DNA of 64,000 bases from Chiloscyllium plagiosum. Its lineage: Eukaryota. The notes beneath the pieces were generated by a model that was given only the letters and a program-made list of their open reading frames with translations, searched no databases and was not told the DNA's origin. The stretch spans positions 80,718,999-80,782,998 of the forward strand of contig NC_057719.1 of assembly GCF_004010195.1 (NCBI RefSeq), given 5' to 3'. Every line of letters starts with the position of its first letter. The stretch's first letter is position 1. A program made the position numbers and the translations under genes. Shown here one piece after another: positions 51,727 to 64,000 of the stretch.

Positions 51727-53313
51727 TATCCAAAAGGGTTTTTACAAATATATTAAGGACAAAAGGGTAACTAGGGAGAGAATAGGGCCCCTCAAAGATC
51801 AGCAAGGAGGCCTTTGTGTGGAGCCACAAAAAATGGGGGAGATACTAAATGAATACTTTGCATCAGTATTTACTGTGGAAAAGGATATGGAAGATATAGA
51901 CTGTAGGGAAATAGATGGTGACATCTTGCAGAATGTCCAGATTACAGAGGTGGTGGTGCTGGATGTCTTGAAATGGTTAAAGGTGGATAAATCCCCAGGG
52001 CCTGATTAGGTGTACCCGAGAACTCTGTGGGAAGCTAGAGAAGTGATTGCTGGGCCTCTTGCTGAGATATTTGTATCATCGATAGTCACAGGTGAGGTGC
52101 CAGAAGACTGGAGGTTGGCAAATGTGGTGCCGCTGTTTAAGAAGGGCGGTAAAGACAAGTCAGGGAACTATAGACTGGTGAGCCTGACCTCAGTGGTGGA
52201 GGGATTCTGATGGACAGGATGTACATGTATTTGGAAAGGCAAGGACTGATCAGGGATAGTCAACATGGCTCTGTGTGTGGGAAATCATTTCTCACAAACT
52301 TGAATGAGTTTTTTGAAGAAGTAACAAAGAAGATTGATGAGGGCAGAGCAGTAGATGTGATCTATATGGNNNNNNNNNNNNNNNNNNNNNNNNNNNNNNN
52401 NNNNNNNNNNNNNNNNNNNNNNNNNNNNNNNNNNNNNNNNNNNNNNNNNNNNNNNNNNNNNNNNNNNNNNNNNNNNNNNNNNNNNNNNNNNNNNNNNNNN
52501 NNNNNNNNNNNNNNNNNNNNNNNNNNNNNNNNNNNNNNNNNNNNNNNNNNNNNNNNNNNNNCTTAGCAGGACATATACACTTAATGTTAAGGTCCTAGGG
52601 AATGTTGCTGAACAAAGTGACCTTGGAGTGCAGGTTCCTAGCTCCTTGAAAGTGGAGTCGCAGGTAGATAGGATAGTGAAGGCGGCCTTTGGCATGCTTT
52701 CCTTTATTGGTCAGTGTATTGAGTACAGGAGTTGGGAGGTCATGTTGCGGCAGTGCAGGACATTGGTTAGGCCACTATTGGAATATTGTGTGCAATTCTG
52801 GTCTCCTTCCTATCGGAAAGATGTTGTGAAACTTGAAAGGGTTCAGAAAAGATTTACGGGGTTGGAGGATCTGAGCTATAGGGAGAGGCTGAACAGGCTG
52901 GGACTGTTTTCCCTTGAGCGTCGGAGGCTGAGGGGTGACCTTATAGTGTTTTACAACATTGTGAGGGGCATGGATAGGATAAATAGACAAAGTCTTTTCC
53001 CTGGGGTCGGGGAGTCCAGAATTAGAGGGCATAGGTTTAGGGTGAGAGGGGAAAGATATAGAAGAGACCTAAGGGGCAACTTTTACAAGCAGAGGGTGGT
53101 ACGTGTATGGAATGAGCCACCAGAGGATGTGGTGGAGGCTGGTACAATTGCAACATTTAAGAGGCATTTGGATGGGTATATGAACAGGAAGGGTTTGGAG
53201 GGATATGGGCCGGGTGCTGGCAGGTGGGACTAGATTGGGTTGGGATATCTGGTCGGCATGGACGGGTTGGGCCAAAGGGTCTGTTTCCGTGCTGTACATC
53301 TCTATGACTCTAT
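51727..53313 (+). mobile_element. 5'-truncated CR1 (same subfamily as 7471-11794) spanning an assembly gap
   Basis: ORF pieces 51730-52009, 52010-52369, 52628-53233; probable TSD gaccaat (51720-51726 / 53314-53320). Confidence 0.92.
52370..52561. other. Assembly gap (192 N)
   Basis: Run of N. Confidence 1.
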
Positions 53314-54363
53314 GACCAATCAAGTATTTCTGGCCAGCTGAACCTTACTTAGTGCACTCTCCCTGTTGCCAGCTGCCCTGCAAGCACGCTTCACCCAGGG
53401 TTTGAACAAAGATGTGTAAACAGCACTTAGGGACAAATTGTCTGCACTTTTTTTAAAAAAAGTGAAGCAATCCCTTGCACAATCTTTTGGTTTATAAATC
53501 AGTCATTTTCCCATTTAAGTGCAGAATCAAAAATACATAAAAGATACAATCTTTAAAGACAAATATCCCATTGTTTCAGATAATGCATTCCAAATCACAG
53601 CATTTAAAAATTAATTCCTTTTCTCCCCCTAATGTCTTTCGCCCCATTATCTTAAATCTGTATGCTTTGCTTGTTGACTGTCTTGCTCTTAGAAACATGG
53701 TTTCTTTTCTTATTTACTATTAACTAAATCCATCCTAATGTTGATGACCTCTCTTAAATCTCCTTCTGAGCTTAAGGAGAAAACTTCCAACTTCATTAGT
53801 TTCTCCCAGGGATACCTTCCACCAAATGGGATGTGGAACATTTAGCTCAGTAGACTCAGTAAGAGCTGGTGCAATGTGCAGCTTCAGGAGATATGGCTGC
53901 ATCAACAACATTGAATCAGCAGTGACCTAAAAAGGAATAAGCCATTTATTTCAATTCGCCATGGGTGATAGAGATTATTCTTTCCCTTCTTTTAAGCATT
54001 TAAATGGTAGAAGTAATATTCCTTGTTTTGTGCTGTCCAGGGACAATTAGCACAGAATGAACTACTAGTGAGATCTACCAATATTCATGCCTAACTGTTA
54101 CAATCTCCATGGAGACCATTAATGTTTAAAGAGAAATTTGAACAGTTGGCTATGTACTAAAAAGATAAAGCCACATGAGTCAACAAAGAAAAGTGTCAAA
54201 AAAAACCCGACATAGGTAATTATTTATAGTTTACATTTACAATAAAATACAACAGATACTTTAGATTGAAACCTTTATTGGAATCTCTTTCCTTTTTCAC
54301 TATGATTGCTCCAGGAAACTTTTATCTCATATCACATTCTTCAAGGTTATGCACAAACTACAG

Positions 54364-54468
54364 GAGAAAGTGAGGACTGGAGATCAGAGCTGAAAATGTG
54401 TTGCTGGAAAAGCGCAGCAGGTCAGGCAGCATACAAGGTGCAGGAGAATCGACGTTTCGGGCATGAGC
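54364..54468 (-). mobile_element. Short PLE family A pLTR
   Basis: TSD caaacta(c/t)ag (54354-54363 / 54469-54478); truncated in hammerhead stem II. Confidence 0.8.
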
Positions 54469-55244
54469 CAAACTATAGCACAGCTCTCTCCAACTGCCTT
54501 ATAAGGCAGTTTTTTTTAGATCAAGCTTGATTTTTACTCTCAATTCTTGCACAATGCTTTCAATAGCAAATTAGAAACGCCCTTGGCTTCTGATACCCCT
54601 ATTCCCATGGTCCACAACTGCTCCATAACTTTTGGCAGATTTTTCTGTCTTGCTGCTCGATTTACCTGGAGTGTGTGAACTAATGGTTTCCACTCTAAAG
54701 GCTACATTTTAACCTCTTGCTTAAAGCTAAGCTAATCTTCTAGTCTCCTTTCCTTCACAAACTGAACATGAGGTCCTACTTGAATTTTTCATGGTGTACA
54801 ATGAATTTAGTATTTCTCTGCTTAAGGTGCAGGCTTAGCTAATATTTCTCTCTTTTGTTCCTTTGAGTCAGTGAGCTGCAAAATTACACAAGACTCCTAA
54901 ATATATAACTTCACCTGTCTGTCGCTGTGAACAAAAGCATACTGAAAATAAAACAAAGTATCCAACTAATTTCCATAGGCCATCTTCATGGCAATGGAAT
55001 ATACTTGGGATGTTCCGATCAGAAATGTAAATGAACTCTCTTTTACCTTCAAAACCCCCTTTTGATCCTAAAACCTATGTGAACAATTTATCTGCAAAGG
55101 GATTAAGATCCCTCTTTCCAAAGTCTGATTCCATGAAGGAACTCTATTGTTTACAATGGTTTTTAGGTTTTTTGATCTGTCAACTATGTGGATCATCTAA
55201 ATTCCTTATTGAAATTACTGCAGACTTCTGTCCTCAATTTTTTA

Positions 55245-55632
55245 ATTCGCTCCTAGGATGTGAGCATCACTGGATGGGCTAGCATTTATTGCCCATCCCT
55301 AGTTGCCCTTGCTAAGGTGGTAGTAGGCTACCTTCTTGAACCGTTACAATCCATGCGCTGTCGGTTGACCCACAAATGCCCTTAGGCTTTTGACCCAACA
55401 ACAGTAAAGGAAGGGCGACATATTTCCAAGTCAGGGTGGTGAGTGGCTTGGAGGGGAACTTGCAGGTGGTGGTGTTCCCATGTAGCTGCTGCCCTTGTCC
55501 CTCTAAATGGAAGTGGTTGTGGGTTTAGAAGGTGCTGTCTAAGGGTCTTTGGTGAATTTCTGCAGTGCACCTTGTAGATCGTACACACTGCTGCTACTGA
55601 GCACCGGTGGTGGAGAAAGTGGATACTTGTGG
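55245..55632 (-). mobile_element. CR1-group family B 3' end
   Basis: gcatttattgcccatccctagttgcccttg...gcaccttgtagatcgtacacactgctgc. Confidence 0.75.
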
Positions 55633-56602
55633 ATCAAAATCATCCATTGCCTTTTCTTTTCTTCTAACTCTAACCTTATGAAACAAACAGGAGAAACATT
55701 TCAAAGTGTACTGACACCAGGAGTGTCCAAATTGCTGTTATTTCAGAGTTTTTTACCAGATTTTCAAGAAGTGATATCTATTTATCTTATATTTAATACT
55801 GATCAAAAGCTATGCTGTTATGAATTATGAAATAAGATACTCACAACACCTCAAGTAAAAAAAAACAGGGCATATTTGGTAGGGGCGATTTTAATGGTGC
55901 ACTGAAGACGCACTTTGGAAGTAATTATGGGCCAGCACTTTTGGGAAGGCTTTATCTCTTATTTTGTTAACCTGTTTGTTTAATCAATCTGTTATTACAC
56001 ACTCTGGAGTAGGTGGGATTTGAACCTACTCCCTTGAGTAGGGACACTACCACTGCACCAGAAGAGAGGGCCCTCTTTTATCTGTCTAAGCTTTACAATT
56101 TCATGTTACTCGATAAAGCAGTTCCTGCTCCCCCACCCCAAAATCCTCAATTATCAAGCCCTTTGAGCTCCTCCAATTCTTGCGCCTGATCCATCCTGAT
56201 TTTCAGCAACCTCCCTGTTGACAGCCATGCTTTCAGCTGGATGAGGAAGACCGAGACCCTGACAAATGCTTCTGAGACATGAGTTCAAATCCCACCACAG
56301 AAGCTGGAGGATTTTAAAGTGCAATTTTATTTTTAAAAAAAACGCAACTAAAAGTAAAGGCTTCTTTCCAGAAATGATGATCAAGAAACCTACAGATTGT
56401 TGTAGAATCCCACTTGGTTCAATAGTGTCCCTTAGAAAGGAATGTGCCAACATGTGATACCAAAGCCTCAGCAAACTGAGTGACTGCTAATGGCTGAAAT
56501 GGCCCAACAAAGCAAATCAGTTACATCAAACTGCTACAGAAAAGTTGAAGAATAATAAAACTGGAGAGATGACCAGGCATTGGTCAACAACAGCACACTT
56601 TA

Positions 56603-56731
56603 GGTGAAAGTGGGTACTGCAGATGCTGGAGATCAGAGTCACGATTAGAGTGGTGCTGGAACAGCATAGCAGGTCAGGCAGCATCCGAGGAACAGGAAAA
56701 ATCAATGTTTCGGGCAAAAGCCCTTCATCAG
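56603..56731 (-). mobile_element. Short PLE family A pLTR starting exactly at CTGATGA
   Basis: 12-bp TSD cagcacacttta (56591-56602 / 56729-56740). Confidence 0.85.
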
Positions 56732-57932
56732 CACACTTTACCCAATCATCTCTGCAAGGTCCTCCTCCTCACTGACCTTCCCTTGCTTGCTATCAATCCA
56801 ACACACACCCTGATCACCTCCCTTTCTCAAGTAAAGTCAAATATCACATGACACTGGGTTATAGTTCAACAGGTTTCTATTAAACCACGAGCATTTGGAG
56901 CCCCGTCCCTCCTTCAGGTAGCTAGTGAATAAGTCAAGTCTCAAGTCAGTCAAACTGGTCTCTTGATAGGCATTCCTCTGCTTCCCAGGAATTGAATTGA
57001 TTGTCAAGGATACCAAGGCACAGTGAAAAGCTTTGCCAGGATACTGTATTTTCAACATTCTCCAATGGTGTCATAGTCAAAGACATTGAGGGTTGTTGCA
57101 AACACCTTAGCACATTTTAAGACTGCCAACCACATGTCTCACTTGCAGATTAGCTTGCTTGCTAACTGTTAAAGCACAATTGGCCTCATCAACACAATGT
57201 TCTGTAGCATTATTCACTAGTCACATTAATGATGATGGTCTAATAATCACTTGTCGGGGATTCGTTCACTCCACACATTAGTTTACTTAAAATAGTGAAA
57301 CATGTAATAAGATATGATTTGGAGGAGACGGTGTTGTGAGATTTTTAAACTATGTAATAAGTTAAGTAGAGGTCACAGCCAACAATTGTGCAACTTGATC
57401 GCAAATGCAAAGTAGACTAACTGCTGTATACAAAACAAATAAAGACAAGCTACCCAACAACAATGACAAGTGCAAGTGTTTGGGCAAGAGACCCTGGAAG
57501 GAAACTCACTCCTTTTACTACAACTCTAGTTAGATTCTGGGTGAGAAAGTCCACGAGAGACTGTTACAACCAACAACTAAGGCCCTTAAGTGGACAATTA
57601 ATGACAAACACTATATTCCCAGAGATGAGAAAGTTAGCTAATTTCCTGAGTGGGGAAAACATGGTTATGGGGTTGGGGTTTCCAATTACCCCAGTTATTA
57701 AACATAGATGAGGGGCATGGAGGTTGCCACAGGAACCTTAGTCTTTGGCCACTTGACTCCCTTCTACCCACGAGTCCAACCTCATGAGATCAACATTACA
57801 AAGTATTTACCTTCTCAGCACTCGAGCCCCTGAATTGGACCAGCCCCTGATAGGTCACCAGAAGATGCCAGCCAAACGTACTAGTGTCGAAGGCCTGTGA
57901 TCCACTGAGAAACTTGCCCATACTGGCCTGTC

Positions 57933-58876
57933 TTTTTTTTTATTTCAAAAATATACTTTATTCATAAAATAATTTGATGGTCTGTACAGTTGGACACGCC
58001 ATACATATGTAAACATTCCATTTGTTTGTATACCGAAACAGAGTAATCATTCCTATTTACAGGTCTGTACGATTACATTTTTAGCTGAGGCGTCAGCAGA
58101 GCCCAAATGACTGCATGGACCCCCTGTTCTTCTTTAGGCAGGCAGACGTTACACGGTGGTCTTTACTACCGCACCTTGGCGGCAGCTGCCCCAAGCTTCA
58201 GCGCGTCCCTCAACACGTAGTCCTGTACCTTGGAATGTGCCAGTCTGCAACACTCAGTCGGGGTCAACTCCTTCAGCTGGAAGATCAACAGATTTCGGAC
58301 CACCCAGAGAGCGTCCTTCACCGAGTTGATGACCCTCCAGGCACAGTTGATGTTCAGCCAAGCCATGTCTTGGTGTTTGTTGGAAAGTTCTGGCGATGAG
58401 GCATTCTGCCAAATGGCTTTGACAGTCTGCTGAGGGAACCGCTCGATAGGATCCACCCTCTCTTTTTCCCGAAGGGTCTCGAGGACACTATGTGCTGACC
58501 ACTTCCTGATGGACTTGTGGTCAAAGGTGTTTTTCTTCATAAACTTCTCCACGAAGGACAGGTAATACGGAACGGTCCAACTACTCTGAGCATTCCGCAG
58601 CAGTGAGGCAAGGCCCATCCTTCGCAACACCGGGGACAGGTAGAACCTCAGTACATAGTGACACTTGGAGTTTGCGTACCGGGGATCCACGCACAGCTTG
58701 ATGCAGCCACACACAAAGGTGGCCATCAGGGTGAGGGTGGCATTGGGTGTATTTTTTCCCCCGTTGCCCAGATCTTTGTACATCGGGTCCCTTCGGACCC
58801 AGTCCATCTTTGATCTCTATATAAACTGGAAGATGGTCCAGGTGACTGCAGCGGCACAGATTCTGGGAATAGGCCA
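57933..58876 (-). mobile_element. Tx1/L1-clade LINE 3' end (ORF2 C-terminus, internally deleted)
   Basis: ORF 58166-58807 (..GGKNTPN..IWQNASSPELSNKHQDMAWL..VKDALWVVRN..), AATAAA and poly(A) on the minus strand. Confidence 0.7.
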
Positions 58877-59264
58877 GCTTGTCAGTTCTTAATGAGCTGA
58901 TAGGCAGGTGATCGGATGAGTTTTCCAAACAGTGAGATTGGCATGTTGCTCACCACTTGACACACCTACCTCAGCGTTTGATAAAAATTGGGAAAATTGC
59001 TCCCCATGATTTATTGGCTTCAACTTCGACAACCTGATAGTTTCAAAAATCTCCAATCTTCAGCTTTTTTCTGGCATCCCCACATTGTAGCCCCTGTGCC
59101 TTGCAAAAATTAAAACCAGGAAAATTGGCTCACCCTGGCCACCAATAAGATTTTGGGGGAAAGCAAGAGTCTCATGCATTAACCATTGACTCCAAAACAG
59201 ATCTAACTACCGCCACTCCAGTGCAATATTGAGGACTGCTGACCTATTTTCAATGCCACCCATT

Positions 59265-59530
59265 TTAAGAGATTAATCTAGGTGCTAGTGTCTCTCCTCA
59301 ATGAGACGTCATGGATTCCGCAGTGGTGTCAGAGGAGGAGCAGGGAAGTTCTTCCTGTGTGTCTTGGGCCAATACTTAGCCCTCAACTCAGATGCGCTGG
59401 TCATTATCTTGTTTTTGACAGCCGTGGCTCAGCTTAAATTAGCTAGACATCTCCCATATTGCAGCAGTGACAAACCTGGCTACGCATTTGGCTGTAAAAT
59501 CCTCAGATCTGTTGATACATTTCATGTAAC
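59265..59530 (+). mobile_element. Deu-domain SINE remnant
   Basis: gaggagcagggaagttcttcctgtgtgtcttgggccaatacttagccctcaac...ctggtcattatc. Confidence 0.55.
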
Positions 59531-60526
59531 AACAAGTATTTCCAGTCAGGCATTGAGTACTCAACTATTGCCATCTCTCATCATAAGAACACAAGAAAGG
59601 AAATTTTATTTTTAAAGATTGAACAGCAAATACAAGTGTGGGAATGAAAGAATAATTGGCATAGTTACAGAGTGAGGTTCCTGTGCCCGTTTTATGTGGA
59701 GCTGTCTCCTCTGATTATTGTTAATATTCTTTTTACGCCTCCTTCATATCTTATCAGCTCAGAACTCATCTTCGTGGCAATGCAGGGATTACATTTCACA
59801 AAGTGACTGTGAGGGTTTATAAAGGCTTGACCACCAAATTCATTAATTTTCCATGCTTCATTGTGTGAATGCGATGAATATTGACGGAAATGTAAAATTG
59901 TGTAGAATTCTATTAATGCTATAAAACTATAGTTTGTTAACATTGCACAAAGAATAAAGAGGGTGGCTATTAAGTTATAAGACAATAAGAAATAGGAATA
60001 GGAGCCCCTCAAGAGCAATTGTGCCATAAGAGAAACAAGGAAGCATTGCAAACTGAATGCTTGTAGTACAGTAATGCTTCATAAGTTTGGTGTAGAAATA
60101 CTGATTGAAATTTAGAAGACTGAGGTGTGATATCATTGAAACGTAAATGATTCTTAAGAGACTTGCCAGGGTAATCGTTGAAAGGGTGTTTCCCCCTCAT
60201 GAGAGAATCTAAGATCAGAGGGCATAGAATTAATGGGCTGCTAATTCAACTCTGAGTGAAGAAATTCCTCCACAGCTCAGAGAGTTTGGAGTCTTCGGAA
60301 CTCCTTGCCAGAGAGCGCTATGGAGGCAGAGTCCTTGTACTTGGCTGTGTTGACTTGTCAACGGCAATTAAGATTGCGCATTAAACGCTGGTCTTGCAGC
60401 AACATGCACATCCTTGGAAAGACGAATGAAACATCTCCCCCTTTGCATTCCACGCGATTATGGTCCCAACAACCAAAAACACCCTGAAGGTGTTTGACCA
60501 AGAACTCAACTGGACTAGTATAAAAT

Positions 60527-60678
60527 ATTGGAAATCTGAAGTAAAAACAAAAAGCACTGGAGAAACTGAACAGGTCTGGCAGCATCTAGGAGAAAGAAAC
60601 AGCATTAACTGCAATTCCAAAGAGGAGTCATATTGAACTTGGTTTCTCTCTCCACAGATGCTCAGTTTCTCCAACACT
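60527..60678. mobile_element. Old inverted PLE-derived insertion
   Basis: ggaaatctgaa...caggtctggcagcatct / ctctccacagatgct...tttctccaacact, like 7593-7784. Confidence 0.6.
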
Positions 60679-63217
60679 AGCTCCATGAATGCCATGGCTA
60701 GAAGAGCAGATTATGGTCTGGGTATCCTGTAGGAAGTTACACAACTCCTGACTCTTTAAAACCTAAGAGACTGGGTCACTTAAATTACTCTACAATGACA
60801 AATAACAGATGAGAAAAAGACTCACTGTTTGATTCAGTCTGTTTCAAACAATTGTGATATGATTTAACCCAGAAACTTTGATCTCCTGGGAGAAAAGCAA
60901 AATCGATAAAAACAAGGCCAGTTGAGGAAGAAAAATTATCTCCAATCCCTTTATGCGATAAAAGCCAGTCTGGTAGAGCACTCTGGCGCTGATATTAAGA
61001 AGTCACATCTTGCTGTCTTGCGCAGAACGACCACTGGATGTCAATGGAAATGCAGCCAATTTCACATTTATCCTTATAAAGAGCAAATATGCACTAACAG
61101 TAAGCATTATGAAACATCTAACTGATACTGTCACCACCTATTATTCTAACTTTTATATGTTGCATCAGCAAAGGGTTGAATCAATATGTTATTAAACAAT
61201 TTATGCGTGGTTAGGTATCATGACTAGTCCTGAAGCACAGAGCAATAGATAGAAGCACATTGAAGCAGGGCATCACAAGTTCAGATCTCAAAGTTAGTTC
61301 AGTATGAGTCAAAGATACACCATGTCCGAAACCCAGTTTGAAAAAAAGTGTCATGTCACTGAGTGTGTTGTCACCACCAGAGAGCTAAGCTTAGCTCCAC
61401 CTGTAATTATGTGCAACTCCAAGTAGATTTGGATATCTACAGACTTCCTTGTTTGTGGAGTGGAGAGGAATATCATTGAATTGGATGTAGTTGTTTAAAC
61501 AGGAAACAGGGGGAGCATTTTCTTATGGACTTGGTAGATCCTGAAGGGAATTCACACCATCCGCAGAAGGGGTTGAAGTGTTGGGCATAAGGAAGGAGAA
61601 CGATCCCAATTATGATTCTCCAGGGTTCAAGAGCAATGCAGACTTTTCTCAATGAGTTTCCAGGCACATGGGTCGTTAAATGGGTTCTGTTATCGGACTC
61701 CTAGAACTGGTGATAGCTCTCTCCAGTAACCCTCTCCAGTACTAATATCAACCCTCTGCTGTAGTGTCTGGTGTTTCAGTAGATTAACCCTTTCTGGTTC
61801 TCTGGGAGTTCTGTACATTTACCTTCTCCTATACTATCTGTTGTCTCTCTCTAACCTGTGCTGAGGGATATGGCCATGCCTTGAGAATGGGCTGCCTAAT
61901 CCAGGCGGTCCAATATCAATTGTTCAATACCTAGTGTCTGCCCAGCACCTAAACTCATGATTCTGAGATAAACAGCTCTTGATACTTCTGATTTGCTGCT
62001 TCTGTGCTCTTGGATGTTGTAAAGGGATATCGTTATTGCGGTTGTAGTTGACAAATCCTAAATTCATCACCAGGATCTGTTGGTATCATCACCTTGGGAT
62101 TAGAAGCAGATTAATAGGAGTATGAGCTATTATAGGATCTGGCCCTCCTCTGTAGCCATGGAAGACTAAAGAGCTCTAGACTTTCTGAAAACACCATCGA
62201 CACAGCCACAAATTCATTTCTTTCTGAGCCTGCAGCTTACACTGAGAAGAAGCAATTTCATTTTTCTATCCCGTAGGCTTCTGTGCTTACATTTCCTCTC
62301 AATACTTATTGGTATTGTGCTGCATCCTCCATCATCGAAAGGAGCCTGTCACCCAGCGCACTACAAATCATCCTGACGAACACAGAAACCGGGTTAAACT
62401 CTTTGGCCCTCACCAATCTGCAGCAAGCACCGAAGATTCAGCTGCCTAAGTAGTTCTCCGCATAGCAAGATCCACTGTGACAGTGGGTCTTGGACACTGA
62501 CAGCTTTATGACAGCTCTTGTTCAGCAATAGGAGGTCTGAGGGTAATGTGCAATTATTATCGCACTTAAAGTTCCCTCAGCGCTGCCCCATCAGTGTATG
62601 AAAAGCATTGCATTGAATTTGCAGCACAGAAACAGGCCATTTGGCCCATCTGGTTTAACCCAGTGTTTGTGCTCCACGTGAAATTTTTCCCATTATTTTA
62701 CTAAACTTTACGAACAAAATATTCTACTCCTCGGTACCTCATGCAATTATTTGCCCTTAAATCTAACAATGTGATTCTTGTTAATCTCTTTCTGAATAAG
62801 GAGATTCTCTAGAATTACCTGCGGGACTGATTTTACATTTAGAATGGCGGGATCGTTTAAGACTTGCATAGTGGTTCTAACTGACCTTGCCCCATGCCCA
62901 GTAAGGGACCCATCGTCAGGGTTATGAGTCATGACCATCAGCCAAGTCAGCACATTATCATTGTGTTCAAGTGCAGTAAAAATGGGCCATCAATATTTAA
63001 CTTTCACCATTTGATCTTCGTTCTAAAATGGTTTCTATGATCACCGGAAAAGACCAGGTATTCCACAAGGAGTAGATGAAACCAACTACATTGCAAACAC
63101 CAAGAGGAACTGAAACTCAGTGAGACTTAGAATCATGGAATGCCTACAGTGTGGAAACAGGCTATTTGGCCCACTGAGTCCACACCGACCCTCTTCCTAC
63201 CCAGACCCAACCCCTTG

Positions 63218-63536
63218 TGAAATAACTGCAGAGAGGTCGGTATCCCACCACCAAGTCACCCTTTATTTACGTATGCACTGTACATGGGCTCTGACCAGCC
63301 AGCTCAGAGCCAGTCCCTAGAATGAGGAGACTCTCTGACACTTCTGTTATATCTGTCAGCCAGGACTCCCCGATCGACCCAGGTTAACAAACCCAACAAG
63401 GATTCCTGAAGAAGGGCTTATGCCTGAAACATCGATTCTCCTGCTCCTTGGATGCTGCCTGACCTGCAGCAACACATTTTTCAGCAAGGATCTTATAGTT
63501 AAGGAGATCCACCTGACCCTCGTTCCAATCATTTCA
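63218..63536 (-). mobile_element. Probable solo LTR
   Basis: TGAAAT...ATTTCA inverted termini; minus-strand TATA-like gatataac and AATAAA; no TSD seen. Confidence 0.55.
63404..63484 (+). mobile_element. Short PLE family A pLTR with mutated hammerhead
   Basis: TSD caaggat (63397-63403 / 63485-63491); CTGAAGA-AGGGCTTATGCCT-GAAAC-ATC. Confidence 0.8.
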
Positions 63537-64000
63537 GCCAGTCTCTGTAACCTAGCATTTTTGCCATGGCTAACCCACCTAGCCTGCACATTCCTAGACA
63601 CCATGGGCAATTTAGCATGGCCAATCCACCTAAGCTGCACATTGTTGCATTGTGGGAGGAAACCAGAGCACCTGGAGAAAACTCACACAGACACAGGGAG
63701 AACATGCAAACTCCACTCAGACAGTCGGCCCGAGAGTAGAATTGAACCTGGGTCTCCAGTGCTGTGAGGCAGCAGTGCTAAACACTGAGCCACTGTGCCT
63801 CCCATCAAAAAAATTCACAACCCTTGTTCTGCTCACACCTGTACAATAACCTCACATGAGGAGTGTTCAGTTTGAAAAGTACACTGGAGCTAGACTTGGA
63901 ACATACAAACAAGCTTTATTTCAGTAGCTTCCTTTGAGCAATATGGTGGTAAAGCAACCACTGTTGATAACAGCAAGAATACCGAACATTTCAGATCTTT

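Larger units (their letters stand above)
63128..63803 (-). mobile_element. HE1-type V-SINE split by a nested insertion
   Basis: 3' part 63128-63215, 5' part 63540-63803. Confidence 0.85.

Noticed and set aside
61200..62900. Gene or old TE in non-repetitive-looking sequence
   Set aside because: No long ORF, recognisable motif or convincing splice pair

Overview
Repeat-dominated vertebrate genomic DNA, almost certainly from a shark or ray (inferred from HE1/V-SINEs, Deu-domain SINEs and HER1/CR1-type LINEs). I find no confidently identifiable host gene, only two weak orphan exon candidates. Every recognisable ORF is a decayed transposon. Main contents: (1) a minus-strand Gypsy LTR relic stretched over about 6.9-21.8 kb by nested insertions, namely a near full-length CR1, a second Gypsy integrase, and a 5'-complete L1 with a 14-bp TSD; (2) many CR1 fragments, a Tx1-like LINE end and probable PIF/Harbinger remnants; (3) two families of Penelope-like elements (PLEs). 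The most striking signal is about 15 short PLE-derived insertions. Many are palindromic, have 7-17 bp target-site duplications, and carry minimal hammerhead-ribozyme cores (CUGAnGA-N-stem II-GAAAC-GUC). Their truncation or inversion breakpoints cluster at the hammerhead. All family assignments come from motif recognition by eye, not database searches, and ends without TSDs are approximate.
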